Shown here piece by piece: positions 13,350 to 24,420 of a stretch of 64,000 nt of DNA. Position numbers and translations under genes: made by a program. The stretch spans positions 62,001 to 126,000 of the forward strand of contig CAJINV010000017.1 in assembly GCA_905178155.1 (NCBI GenBank), in the 5' to 3' direction. The notes beneath the pieces are model-generated. The model did not search any database. It saw only the letters and a program-made list of their open reading frames with translations, and was not told where the DNA came from. Origin of the DNA: Amoebophrya sp. A120 (lineage: Eukaryota; Protista; Dinoflagellata). Each line of letters opens with the position of its first letter. The first letter of the stretch is position 1.

Positions 13350-14852
13350 ATGAGTAGAAGTGGATGTAGACCGGAGACGAGGGCGTCCAACATCAACATG
13401 CTCGTGGCTCGTCGTAGTTTTTTTGCCAGGAAGGTCCTGTCCTTTGATCATGTTCCAGTGAGTTCTACTAACCTCCTGTACCTGTTCCAGTTGGTCACGT
13501 CGTCCATGCTGGTGGGCCTGCTGGGCGATGTTTTTCTGGGAGACATCGTACAGCCGCTGCGAAATAAATTGGAGGGAAATCTCTTTGTGCTTTCGGACGA
13601 CGATGATGTCAAGGACTGGAAGGGTAGTGGACCTTCAAAAACCAGGACTTCGTTAGCTCTGCTTCAACCGACGCACCAAAAAAGTGGCGCCGACGAAGTA
13701 GACCTCGGTGGAAGGGATTGTTCTATAGCGTCCGGCGACAGGAGTTCGAAGAACTGTCGTGGGTCTTTGTTTCGCTCCTCTTTCTTATCGAAAAACCGCA
13801 GCAGAAAAGCCGAGAAGAAGCACAAGAGAAAAAATCACGCGGGGAAGATTATCCTGCCACCCGTTCATCATCAACTTGAAGATTCTTCTGGAGGTACTAG
13901 TAGAGGACGTAGTAGGTTTTTCCTGTTTGCCCAGGCCGTGAACCTGCACCCCCAGATAAAACAGCAGCATTCCTCCCGGAGAACAACGAGCAAGGGGTCT
14001 CTGCTGGAAAAGAAACGGGCCAGGAATCTTAACACAAGGAGAGCACCACGACGAGCAGCGACTGAGACGCTGAGTTCATCGCGGGTCTCCTTCAATGAAC
14101 CCGAAAATGAAGACGAAGTTGCAAAATTTGATGCAACTTCTAATCCGGAGCGGGAGCAGCTTCTGCTCCTTCACCCACCGCGCCGAGCAACCAGTGGCGC
14201 TTTGTCCGGCGAGGACGAGGAGGACTTGGTAGAAAGCATCGGTGACGGTGCGACAAATCTTGAACTACAGAAGAAAGAAGGATCGACGCAAACCAGTAGC
14301 GGAGATCCTTCTACGAGTAAGACGAGGAGGGGAGAAAGGACTAGTTCTTCATCTTCCAGCACCAAAGCCGTTTCTGATCCGGCCAGCACGACGGCGAAAG
14401 CTATGTTGCAAAAAGAAGAGCAGCAGAGAATAAGTTCAAGAAAAATGAAATCCGAAACCACGAGCAAGAAGACATCAACTACTGAGATGAAGGTTGATCA
14501 TTACGACCGGGCAGCACAAAAGAACCAAAACCTTAAAAAGGCTCAGGTTCTCAATTTGCAACAAGAAAATCTCGTTGCGCGCGAAGGAACAGGAAGTCGT
14601 CAAGATATTAATCAACCTGACGATGCAGATTCCGATGCTGAAGCTGACGGTAACGTCGACGAGCCTGCTTCCACGGTCAACCCTTATCCTGTCGAAAAGC
14701 GTCCCACTCCCCTACTCGCGAAACAGATCATGCGTGTGCAACGTTCTTGTGTGCTTTGTGGCAGCATTCTTGCTTTTTTGTGGTTGTGGTCCGTCGTCGA
14801 GGTCCACTGCAAGAGATCAAGGAAGAGCCTCCTGCATGATGCATGTTCTTAG
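13350..14852 (+). CDS. Hypothetical low-complexity protein with an N-terminal hydrophobic segment; probably spliced to downstream exons
   Basis: 500-aa ORF with S/T/K/E-rich composition like other genes here; no recognisable domain. Confidence 0.55.
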   Translation: MSRSGCRPETRASNINMLVARRSFFARKVLSFDHVPVSSTNLLYLFQLVTSSMLVGLLGDVFLGDIVQPLRNKLEGNLFVLSDDDDVKDWKGSGPSKTRTSLALLQPTHQKSGADEVDLGGRDCSIASGDRSSKNCRGSLFRSSFLSKNRSRKAEKKHKRKNHAGKIILPPVHHQLEDSSGGTSRGRSRFFLFAQAVNLHPQIKQQHSSRRTTSKGSLLEKKRARNLNTRRAPRRAATETLSSSRVSFNEPENEDEVAKFDATSNPEREQLLLLHPPRRATSGALSGEDEEDLVESIGDGATNLELQKKEGSTQTSSGDPSTSKTRRGERTSSSSSSTKAVSDPASTTAKAMLQKEEQQRISSRKMKSETTSKKTSTTEMKVDHYDRAAQKNQNLKKAQVLNLQQENLVAREGTGSRQDINQPDDADSDAEADGNVDEPASTVNPYPVEKRPTPLLAKQIMRVQRSCVLCGSILAFLWLWSVVEVHCKRSRKSLLHDACS

Positions 14853-15119
14853 CAACAAGAATTTGTGATGGTGCGCCCCTCAACATCATGATGAGAACTC
14901 GGATCTATCATGGATCATCATTTGACGGCACTTTTAGCCACCGACTTTACATAACATAGTTTGTTGCACCCGCGCAGCCGAAAATTATTAGGATGTCGGT
15001 GTGCCAGAACCCGCACCATGAATGATTATTTTAATTTTTCGATTTGCAGCTACTTCTGTATAGCAAACGATTTCAAATGGTAAAGCTAGAGTTGGGTAGT
15101 TGAGGACTTTTTCGCACAG

Positions 15120-16057
15120 GATAACCCGCTCGCGCAGTTCATCGCGGAAGATACAACGGCAGACGAAGCGATGAAAGCGGCAGACGAGAAAATCGCAGAA
15201 ATCAAACAAGCAGCGGCTGAGGCCACCGCCGCACCCGGGACTGACGATGACTATCCAAATGAAGTAAATGGCCATGAATCTCTATGTTGAGTCCTCTCCT
15301 ACACGAAAACGAAATATATGCAAGACATAATTCCGCTGATGAGTTTTATATCTGATACAGCTTGCACTTGTAGAATAAATATGAAATGATCGAGTGGATA
15401 TCCAACTTAATCCCAGCTTGTACGGTACTCCGCGAATCGTGTGGTGTAGCGGGGACCCTTTAGGAGTTCTGCGTTCGAGCTTGACAAGCATTGCAATTGC
15501 AAAGAAAAAAATCATGACTCACGAAACTACATTTTTTTTTTGGTTCGTGGGAAGGGTTCAACATCAACACAGAAATGGTCATTTTTTGCTTGGATACATG
15601 ACCGGCCGGAATTTTTTCAGATCCGAAAGTACTGACAATCGTGGCGGGCGGCGGCATCGCGGTTGTGGTTTTGCTGATTGTCCTTCTCTTTTCCTGCATG
15701 GGTAGGGGAAGCAATGCTCCACAGGTTGGCGTAGCAAGCGCGGCAGCCGGGAGTGGAGTTATCCAGAGTCCCGGGAGCACAGGCAGCAATGGCGACGCCC
15801 TTGCCCTCTCGGTACAAGCACACCAGTATCCCGCGAAGCCCAAAGCAAAGGCGAAGGCACATAGTAGCAAACCGAAGTCAAAAACCACAAAGGTGGCAGC
15901 AAAACCGAAGAGCGCTAGCCACGCGAAGCCAAAAAGTGCCGGTACTGCTAGTGCCGACCACGCAAAACCAAAAAGCGGCGACGCCGAGGCTGCAGAAAAA
16001 CCCAAAACCTTCGCAGAAAAGGCCGCGGCGAAGAAGGCACATCCGAAGTCGAAGTGA
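15120..16057 (+). CDS. Probable 3' exons (about 15120-15263 and 15621-16057) of a membrane protein with a TM helix and AKPKS-rich tail; likely the same gene as 13350
   Basis: Acceptors cacag|gataac and ttcag|atccg. Peptides DNPLAQFIAEDTTADEAMKAADEKIAEIKQ and PKVLTIVAGGGIAVVVLLIVLLF followed by KPKS repeats. Exact phase linkage is unresolved. Confidence 0.45.
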
Positions 16058-17053
16058 GAAGCTTTGACCGCCGAGGGAACAAAGAAGTGCCACCGATTCC
16101 ACATAGATGGATCACTTGTATTTCAATCACAAAATGATAGAGCACGAAGGGCTCTACTACGACCACATCCACAAAAGACCTGGACAAAATTACTTTCTAC
16201 TTTTTTTCAGCGTGTGAGCATGAGGCTTAGTGTGGTCTCTAGCTCGACGTTGTTTCGTGCCTCAGTATACCCTAGAGCTAGATCATGCTCGAAGGGCGCT
16301 TTCTTTTGTTCTTTCTTCGCTCCTGTGGCGAAATTACCTGTCTCTAGCTTTTAAATTTACATTTCCAGCCAGGAACTACCCAGGCACAAAAAAAAGTCGT
16401 CCTTCTGTTCGACTTTTGACGCATGTATGATTATCACTTTTGGCATGAACATGCACACAGCTCCAGTTTTTTTTCCATGATCATCGCCAACATTCACAAT
16501 ATGTCGAACCTCCGCCCACAATGAATTTATCTCGGAGCAGCTACACCATATGTGGCAAAAGAAAAAGATACAGAGATAAGCTCAGAACAGCAGTAGGAAA
16601 AAGTATCCCAGTTGTAAAATAGTAGTTCGAAACAAGCCACTGACACGTCTTGACGCAGCGTGGTCCTCGACACCGCCGCTGCGGCCGCGGCAAAGAGCGG
16701 TTTAGTATGTTGTGGCAGAAGTTTTTCTTTTTCCTTCTTTGTTCACCAGGGTTTGCCTCTGGTTTCGTGGTCAAGAACATCTGGCACTAGAGACGACGAC
16801 GACAGCAAAGGTGGCGTTTTGTTAAGTAACAGTCTGACATAAGCAGGACGCTGGCTTGTCGTGTCGGTATAATTTTTTCTGGGCAACAAGCACCTCTGTT
16901 GCCGCGGTCTTGAGTGAGTCATCATCTGTTACGGTTTTATTTCAGGGAAATATCGGCAGAGCAGAGAGAGATGTTACCGCACACCATTTTTTTCGAGAGA
17001 AACGGATCTGAGTTGTGCCTGAGCACGAGTTGCTTGTTTCTTGAGTTTTACAG

Positions 17054-20000
17054 ATGTTGATGTTTATTTTGTTCTACATGAAGGCGAACGCGAAGCAAGA
17101 CCTTCTCTCCAGGCGGTTGACTCACCTCCAGCAAACTGATCGTATGAAATCAGTACCAAAAATGTCGCTAATATCCGGCTCATCAGTTGTATCAGACTCT
17201 GCGTCATCTGCCGCCTCTTCGTCATCTTCGACGAACCTGCTACCAGCAAAAAAACCGCCCTGCTCCGATTGCACAACAAGAACTTCCGTTTCTCTTGGCG
17301 CAGATCAACAGCACGTCCGGGTCGCGCGCATCTCCAGTCACGTGCTACCATTTCCACATGCGGAACAGCCGCAGAAGCAGTCTGTCTCCAGTCTTAGGGC
17401 GAATCACTGCTCCGCCTCCTCGTCCAATGTTCTTGCTGCAAAGTCAATCACCATCTCCGACTTTTCCAATGTCGGAGATCCGGGAATGTTGTCGGGCTCA
17501 AAAAAGGTGGCGCTGCAAAATTTCGTGAACGGTGAGTGGGCGACAGCGACTAGTACTTCGAGTAAAAACAACTGTAAGAAGTACATTCCGATCCTCGATC
17601 CCTTAAATGGCGAGGAGTTCATCCACATGCCGGATACCGGAGCCGATTCCACAAGTGAACTGGCACCCTTTCTGGAGAAGATGCGCACTGTCCCGAAGTC
17701 CGGGTTACACAACCCTCTGAACAACGTGGACCGCTACACCCTGTACGGCGAGGTCTCCTTTCAATTGGCAAAATGCCTGGACGACCCGGCGATTTCAGAC
17801 CACTTTACGCGGCTGATCCAGCGTGTGGTGCCGAAGAGCTACGCCCAGGCTTATGGGGAAGTCAAAATCGTGGCGAAGTTCCTGCAAAATTTCGGGGCAG
17901 ACCAAGTCCGGTTCTTAGCAAGGGGGTTCACGGTATGATGTAGATAGTTGTTCAAGCACTGATGTGATCGTCATCGTTTTCGTTTCATCGATCATTACTT
18001 CGTCGCTCTGCCATGTTTGGTGCTGGCGGAAGTGCAATAGCTCTAAGACACATGCTAGGTTAGCTTTCGTGAAACTTCTTTTGTGCTGTATGCGAGAAAT
18101 TAGGAATAAAAAAATGAAAACCCCATAAATCATAGGTCTCCGGCGACCACGACGGTCAGCAGTCGCAGGGGTACCGCTTCCCCTACGGCGCGGTGATGAT
18201 TATCGCGCCCTTCAATTTTCCGCTCGAGATCCCGGTTTTGCAGCTGATGGGCGCGTTGTACATGGGCAACCACGTGACCATCAAGGGCTCGGAGAAGTGC
18301 TCCATCGTGTTGGAAGAGTGGCTCCGGCTGATGTTGAAGTGCGGCATGCCGAAAAACGACGTGAACCTGCTCCACGGCACCGGGGTCGGCACCAGCCAAC
18401 TCGTGAAAGCCGCCGCGTCGTCCAAGATTCTCCGCTGCATGCAGTTCACCGGCAGCAACAAGATCGCACGAGAGCTGCTCGCCGTCACGGAGGGTAAGGT
18501 CAAGATCGAGGACGCGGGGTTCAACTGGAAGGTGTTCGGGCCGGACGTCGATGTGGTATCCACAGTAAATGATCTGGCTGTTATACAGGAATCTCAACGA
18601 GTAAATCTCAATACTATGCACGGCCTTATGCTAAAACACGAAGGAAATCTTGCGAAGTCTCTCATGTTAAAAACGAGTAAATCTCAACGGTTGCGCCCCA
18701 ACGCTTTGAGACGCCTCAACGGATTCGCGATGAGCTCAACGACTGGTCTCAACGGTCTGCGCGCAGAAGAACTGCGTGGCGTGAAGGTGCGCATCAAGCC
18801 CCTGCAACAAACCTCTCAGTGGTCCTGCCAACACGAGTGCCGGCGAGCGGGCTCCTAGGTAGTTTTAGAAAAACGCGCGAAGGCTGCGCGCATAGTAAGA
18901 CACAGGGCACACAAGCCAACGGACCGCGCACAACGGGCCGCGCAACAAAAGCGCAGGAGAGCGAAAAGAGAGTCTTCGGGCAGGGCAGCCGCCGCCGCCG
19001 GCCGGCGGCGGCTGCCCTGCCCGACGACCCTAGACCCCAAATCCTAAACCCGACACCCTAAACCGCTGCTGGTCGTTGAGATATATTTCTCAACGTTGAG
19101 CTGTGAGGTCTCAACGTTGAGATCCACAAGCACCGTTGAGATACCTGTAGTACAACCAAATGATCTCCTGTACACGTACAAATGTGGCTTCTGCATGACA
19201 AAACTGGGCTTCTGTCCTAGTTTAGCATGACAATTCTTACAACACTCCAAATTGGTGAAGCTTGTCATGCATTTTGTACATGTACGGGAAATCGAAATTT
19301 ACGTTGCATATGTGGCCCTGGTGGACTACATCGCCTGGATGTGCGATCAGGACGCCTACGCGAACTGCGGCCAAAAATGGTATGCATCGCATAAAAACGC
19401 ATCGTAAAAACTTCAATAACCGTGGGTGTGACTTTACTTGCAGCTACAGCTGCGGAACTGACAATCGACCACAACGCGACACGACCGAGAAATTTATCTA
19501 CTCAAACTGGTGACCCGAAACGGCAGTACAAATGAGCATTGCGACGTCTTCTGGCCTGAAAAAGCAAGTCAGATTCGCATAAAGCTGCTGACACGTCAAT
19601 TTATTCGATCGTTTTGTTTTGCAATGCATAACTGCTCAGCCACGTCCATCCTGATTCTGCACAAAAACTGGAGTGACTGCGACTTGGTGGGGAAGATGAA
19701 AAAAATTGCCAGCGAGCGCACACTGGAAAAGCTCACAGTGACACCGGTAAGTGGCGAAACTAGTGCACGTGATTGTTTTTTTCAGCCCGCGACTACAAAT
19801 TGCTAGAGTTGATGTTTCCGTTGATTCTACGTGGTTTTGGAACAAGGCTACGCAGCCCCGCGCTACGTGGTTGCCACTCAACCAGGTAGATGTGAATACA
19901 TTCACGAGGTAAAACTAGAAGATGAAACTTCTACACAACTACAGGTCCTGACACAAACCACGGAGCAGATGCTTTCCCACCTGGCGAAGTTGCAGCAGAT

Positions 20001-20705
20001 ACCAGGCGCAAAACTGCTTTTTGGCGGGAAGGAACTGAGAAACCACAAAATTCCGAAGTGCTATGGGGCCATAGAACCGACCGCGGTGTTTGTGCCGTTG
20101 AGGGAAATTCTGAAAGACGAGGAGACGGTGAAGCTGGTCACTACCGAGATCTTCGGCCCGTTTCAAGTCGTGACCGAGTACGGGAATGATACGGAATTGG
20201 AAGACTGTGTTTTTCCCTTACTCGAGAAGATGGAGAACCACCTGACCGCCTGCGTTTGCTCCAATGACGTCAAGTTTCAGAACAAGGTATCCGACAGAAA
20301 AGCTGACATCGTGTCGACCCCTAGCAAAAATCCAAAACCAAATCAGATTGATTTTGTAAATTCAAAAGTGCGTAAGCGTAATTTCACTGAAGAAGAAGAA
20401 GAACGTGTGGCGAAGTTGTGGTTGATCGCACGGTAATACGCGGTACAGATCGACGGTCGTCGTGCGAGTGATTTTCTGTCGCATACCAAGTTCTGGGCAA
20501 AACCGTGAACGGCACCACGTATTGCGGGCACCGCGGGCGCACCACCGGCGCGCCCCAAAACCACTGGTTCGGACCCTCGAGCGATCCGCGGGCGGCGGGC
20601 ATCGGCTCGCCGGAAGCCATAAAATTGGTGTGGAGCGCCCACCGGGAGATAATCCACGATGTGGGACCGGTGGCCGCGGATTGGAAGAGACCGGCGCCTA
20701 CCTGA
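17054..20705 (+). CDS. ALDH12A1: Delta-1-pyrroline-5-carboxylate dehydrogenase, ALDH12 (plant/alveolate) type. Exons ~17054-17932, 18136-18555, 19315-19379, 19635-19746, 19945-20286, 20490-20705
   Basis: VPKSGLHNPL, PKSYAQAYGEV, DQVRFLARGF, PFNFPLEIPVLQLMGALYMGN, FTGS, KIEDAGFNWKVFGPDV, DYIAWMCDQDAYANCGQKCSA, TTEIFGPFQVVTEY, VNGTTYCG.RGRTTGAPQNHWFGP. Two GT-AG introns plus three TIR elements must be removed. Start codon uncertain. Confidence 0.95.
18576..19157. mobile_element. Nested non-autonomous DNA transposon (GG...CC ends, 9-bp TSD, Mutator-like geometry)
   Basis: TSD aaatgatct at 18567-18575 and 19158-19166. TIR ggctgttatacaggaatctcaacg / cgttgagatacctgtagtacaacc. Multiple subterminal ctcaacg (left) and cgttgag (right) motifs. 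Confidence 0.85.
18976..19064. repeat. 22-bp perfect GC-rich hairpin (18976-19024) followed by degenerate CCCTAAA telomere-like repeats
   Basis: tcgggcagggcagccgccgccg-ccggc-cggcggcggctgccctgcccga, then ccctaga ccccaaa tcctaaa cccgaca ccctaaa. Confidence 0.75.
19381..19630. mobile_element. Degenerate TIR introner interrupting the catalytic Cys codon of P5CDH
   Basis: tatgcatcgcataaaaacg ... cgttttgttttgcaatgcata. Imperfect direct repeat aatgg/actgc. No AG at the 3' junction. Removing 255 nt restores GQKCSATSIL. Confidence 0.85.
20288..20485. mobile_element. Degenerate TIR introner in the P5CDH CDS
   Basis: tatccgacagaaaa ... ttttctgtcgcata. Flanks caagg/ccaag. Removing 203 nt restores FQNKVLGKTVNGTTY. 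Confidence 0.85.
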
Positions 20706-21507
20706 GTGGAGATGATGGAGTCGCACGACCATTGCGACTTCTGCAGTTACTTTTGTAGATTGGTTGTCCTCGGCCGGAATGCTTTCTTTGTTTGAACATT
20801 GAAACAAGTATGCTTGATTGATAGCCATGTGTAATGAATTTTTCAATTCTTCTTCTGACTTTTTGGTTTTTCGTTCTTTCAAATCGTAAAAGCATGTTTT
20901 CGCAATCTTCTGCTCGGAATAGCTCGAGTCCGACGAGCAGACGAGATGCACTGTGTTACAAAAACGTGAACAAAATGTAAGCGACAATATACTCTGTGCT
21001 CCTGCAGCAGGTGGATAGTAGCTTGTTTCGATGCAGAAGCTGCATGAAGATTAGCAACCGATTTTACACTAGGGTCAGATGCAAGCAGTTGCTCGCTATC
21101 GCTGACTACATTAAGTTTTTTTGTTCTATGGACTGTACTTCTCCTACGAGTTGTGTCTGTGTTGGCGTTCTCCGTGGCGCCTACGAGAGTTTTCTGTGCC
21201 CCCGCTGCGATTGACAATAGAGCTACCCACGAGGGGTGGTTTGAGTGCTTTTGTGGACGATACTTGCATGGAAACGCAGGTGAGCCTCTTCTTACAACTC
21301 CAACCTGACAGAACCCTACCCATGCCCGAGTAAAGTTAATCTCGTAGCAGTGACCCGCCACACCTCCCACGAGCGCAGCCCTGCTGTGCTGAAATTGTTC
21401 TTCTTGGCACGCATGTCTTACTTACCTGTAGTTGAAGATTCCTAATCACGTAATTTGCTTCGTTCAGCAATGCTTTGTTTCCGAAAGTTGCTTGCTGAAG
21501 AGAAGAT

Positions 21508-24420
21508 ATGCTCGTCCACTTACAACGCCAACGGAACAAGAGCAATCTGTTGACGCGTCATCTGAGCAGGGCCACAAAATCCACGACACAGTTCGGCTTC
21601 TCGTCGATCCGAAGTGCAAGTGGAACCAGCCGCACGGTCTTGTTACACCAAATTAATCTACCTTCCCCTCTCGTTCGTCCGACTCGGTGGACTCACGCTC
21701 ATCTGTTGTCCGGGAGCATTAGAACTCGAACCCGTAGTAGTCGAAACTACCACAATACCGTCATGACTGTGTCCTTTTCCCCAACAAACCGGGCACCAGG
21801 AGCTCCAAATCACCAGCACAAGATGTCGTTTTCCACGCGAGCCAATCTGGAGTACCAGCAGTGGCCCCAAGTCAATCCCACCCGGATCGGGCGGTACATT
21901 GACCGGGAGTTTGAGACGGACAACACCACAAAAACCCCGATCATCACGCACGTGGACGAGCACAAACCGACCGAGGTCACCATCCGGTCCGGCCGGGAAT
22001 TTGACGCGGATTTGGACAAAGAAGGCTTCACCTTCGTGCAGAACCGGGAGCTCCCGACCGCGTGCGAGGACTTCTCAAACCCGGACTTGATAAAGACCGT
22101 GTACTATGACGAAATCAAAAATTTGGTGAAGGAAAAGCTCCAGTGCGACAAAGTCCTCGTGTTCGACCACACCTTGCGGAATTCGGGGAAGCAGAACCTG
22201 AACGTGCTGACCGACACGAAAGCAGCGGCCGCGGCGGTGCAGCGAGTGCATTGCGACTACACCGCGGACTCCGCTCCAATCCGGATCCAGCAGCTGTCCA
22301 AAACGGAAACGTACACCGGGGAGCGCATGATGACGGAAAAGGACTGCGAGGACATTCTGAAAAACAAAAAGCGGTTTTGCTTCATCAACCTCTGGCGGTC
22401 CATCGACCGCGAAAACTGCGTCAAGGTGAAGCCGTTGGCGGTGTGCGACTACCAAAGCGTCGACTGGAAAAACGACATGCTTCTCTACGAATTGGTGTAC
22501 AAAGGTATAAAGAACAAGCTTTCATCAAGATATGCATCGGTCGTTTGGACGGCAGTTGGGGTAGCTGCTTTCGCTCCTGCAAAGAGTATGAAAGCCGTTC
22601 TGCGTAGTAATGAGAGAGCAAGATTTTGTATTTGTTTGGATCTGTTTCTGCTCCAAACACATCTAAAAATATCTAAAATCCTCAGATCGCGTCGGCGAGA
22701 ACTATTCCCTGTCTCCGCACAATGCGCAGAATCACCGGTGGTACTACTACCCCGACATGACAGCCGACGAGATTATCATGTTCAAGGTGTACGACCGGAA
22801 CCAGTCAAAGGCGCCCTTCGTCTTCCACACTGCGTTCGAGGATCCGAACACCAACGACACGGACCCAAACCGAAAATCCATCGAAGTCCGGGCGATTGCC
22901 ATCTGGGACGAGGAGAAGGTGCCGTCCATGGTGGAGACGAAGGTGGAGGTCATGAACAACCAGCCCACGCCGTGCTTGTACGACATGGTCCACAGTAACA
23001 ACTCGGCCCGGTGCCGCCTGTGGCTGCAATTGAAAGGGGTGCCGAAGGAACTCTGCGACATGAAGATGATCACCTACGCGGACATTAACAGTCCCGACTA
23101 CTTGAAGGTCAACCCACTGAAGAAAATCCCGGCCATGCAGGCCTGGAGAAAGTGCGTTAAAAAACCAGGTAGAGAAACCATATAATTATAGATATGATTT
23201 GATTTTCTTTTTGTCTGTTCATGATCATGGCGTGCAGTAATTTTGCAACAATGTGAATATGAATAAAGTAACTATTGAATAGTTACTTTATTCACATTCA
23301 CATGCAACAACTTCAATAGGAGCAAAATCAAAAGGGGCGCGCGCGCAGCTCGTCCAAATTCAAATACCCATCGAAACCACGACCCAGGCGACTCGCCGCC
23401 CCCAGACTCCGGCACGGATGATCCATCCAACAAGAAAGACATCGACCGCGTTTCCTACAAGAAGGAAACGGCCTGGAATTACTACTACGAGTCCTTGCCG
23501 CTCTTCGAGTCCCACGTGATTATGCAGTATTTGGAGGACAAATTTGGAAAGGCGGTGAACCCGGACCGGATTTTTGTCCCACAAAACCCGGAAGACAACG
23601 CGGTCATGAACTTGCTCATCCGCGTGCACGATATCTACATATCCAGTCCCAACTGCACGCAGCCCAATTTCGCACACACGCAGGGCTGCATGTACCTCGC
23701 CCCCTACCCGACAAAGTGGTGCGCGCCCGAGCGATGTATGGACAAGGAGTCCAGATCGAAGAAATTGAAGGAGATTTGGAAACACTTGTGCTGGTATTTA
23801 GAGATTCTTGCTGCTGCTCAGCAGCCGTGTCTGTTCTTGTGTTTTTTTTTTCCTGGTGCGCAGGGTGATGCTTGGGCTTTGTGCGCAGGGTGATGCCAGG
23901 GCTTTTTTAACCTGTTGTGCTGTGTAACCTTGACTTTCACTTCGACTTCTGTGATCTGAAATTCAACATCAAAACTCGTACCAGGCTCGACTGCCAGTTG
24001 GAGCTGCGCGCCGACCCGTATATGTGTGGCGAGCAGCTTACCCACGCCGACATGACGTGGTTCCCGACGGTCTGCTTTATGGAATACCTCCTGCCGAACA
24101 ACTTCCAGTGGGCCGACATCACGAAGATCGAGACCGACGCCGAGGCAAATGCGAACTACCCCAACGACGCCAACCCCTTTCCCTTCCTGGCCTTGTGGTT
24201 CCAGAACATGCGGTCGAAGCACAAGGAGTTCGATGAGGTGAGGACCGGGGTGTACAATTTCTTTCACAAAAACGACCTGGACGGCATGTTCGAGTCTATT
24301 CGGAACGAAACAAAGGACACCCGGTACAAATGGCACTACAGTATCGAGGACCTGGATGAAGAAAGAAGAAAATCACTGACGGGTGCTCTCGGAAGCAGAA
24401 TCAGCAACATCGCGGGCTGA
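21508..24420 (+). CDS. Fusion of a CmcJ/NvfI/AsaB-like (Fe/2OG-type) oxygenase domain and a glutathione S-transferase. Exons ~21508-22504, 22686-23168, 23320-23793, 23985-24420
   Basis: LDKEGF, VYYDE, VLVFDHTLR, VHCDYT, FINLWRSI, PLAVCD, HRWYYYPDMT.DE..MFK.YD, HTAF.DP, RKSIEVR. Then GST-N (SNNSARCRL...KVNPLKKIPAM...LFESHVIMQYLEDKF) and GST-C (YMCGEQLTHADMTWFP). Three in-phase GT-AG introns. Start uncertain. Confidence 0.85.

Larger units (their letters stand above)
18557..19310. mobile_element. TIR introner in the P5CDH CDS, 5-bp direct repeat TGTGG, containing a nested element
   Basis: tatccacagtaaatgatct[nested]cctgtacacgtacaaa ... ttttgtacatgtacgggaaatcgaaatttacgttgcata. TGTGG at 18552-18556 and 19311-19315. 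Removal restores GPDVDVALVDYIAW. Confidence 0.92.

Noticed and set aside
15641-16057. Histone H1-like AKPK/KPKS-rich ORF
   Set aside because: It follows a transmembrane helix and a splice acceptor, so it is better explained as the low-complexity tail of a membrane protein.
17933-18135. Possible introner (tatgat...atcata) in P5CDH intron 1
   Set aside because: Only a 6-bp inverted match and no 5-bp direct repeat. It splices in frame as an ordinary GT-AG intron.
18557-19061. ORF extension 18557-18858 and ORF 18819-19061 as a transposase
   Set aside because: These are read-through into non-coding element sequence, with no DDE or other recognisable motif.
23856-23905. 25-bp tandem duplication in an intron of the GST part
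   Set aside because: Two copies only; an ordinary slippage duplication.
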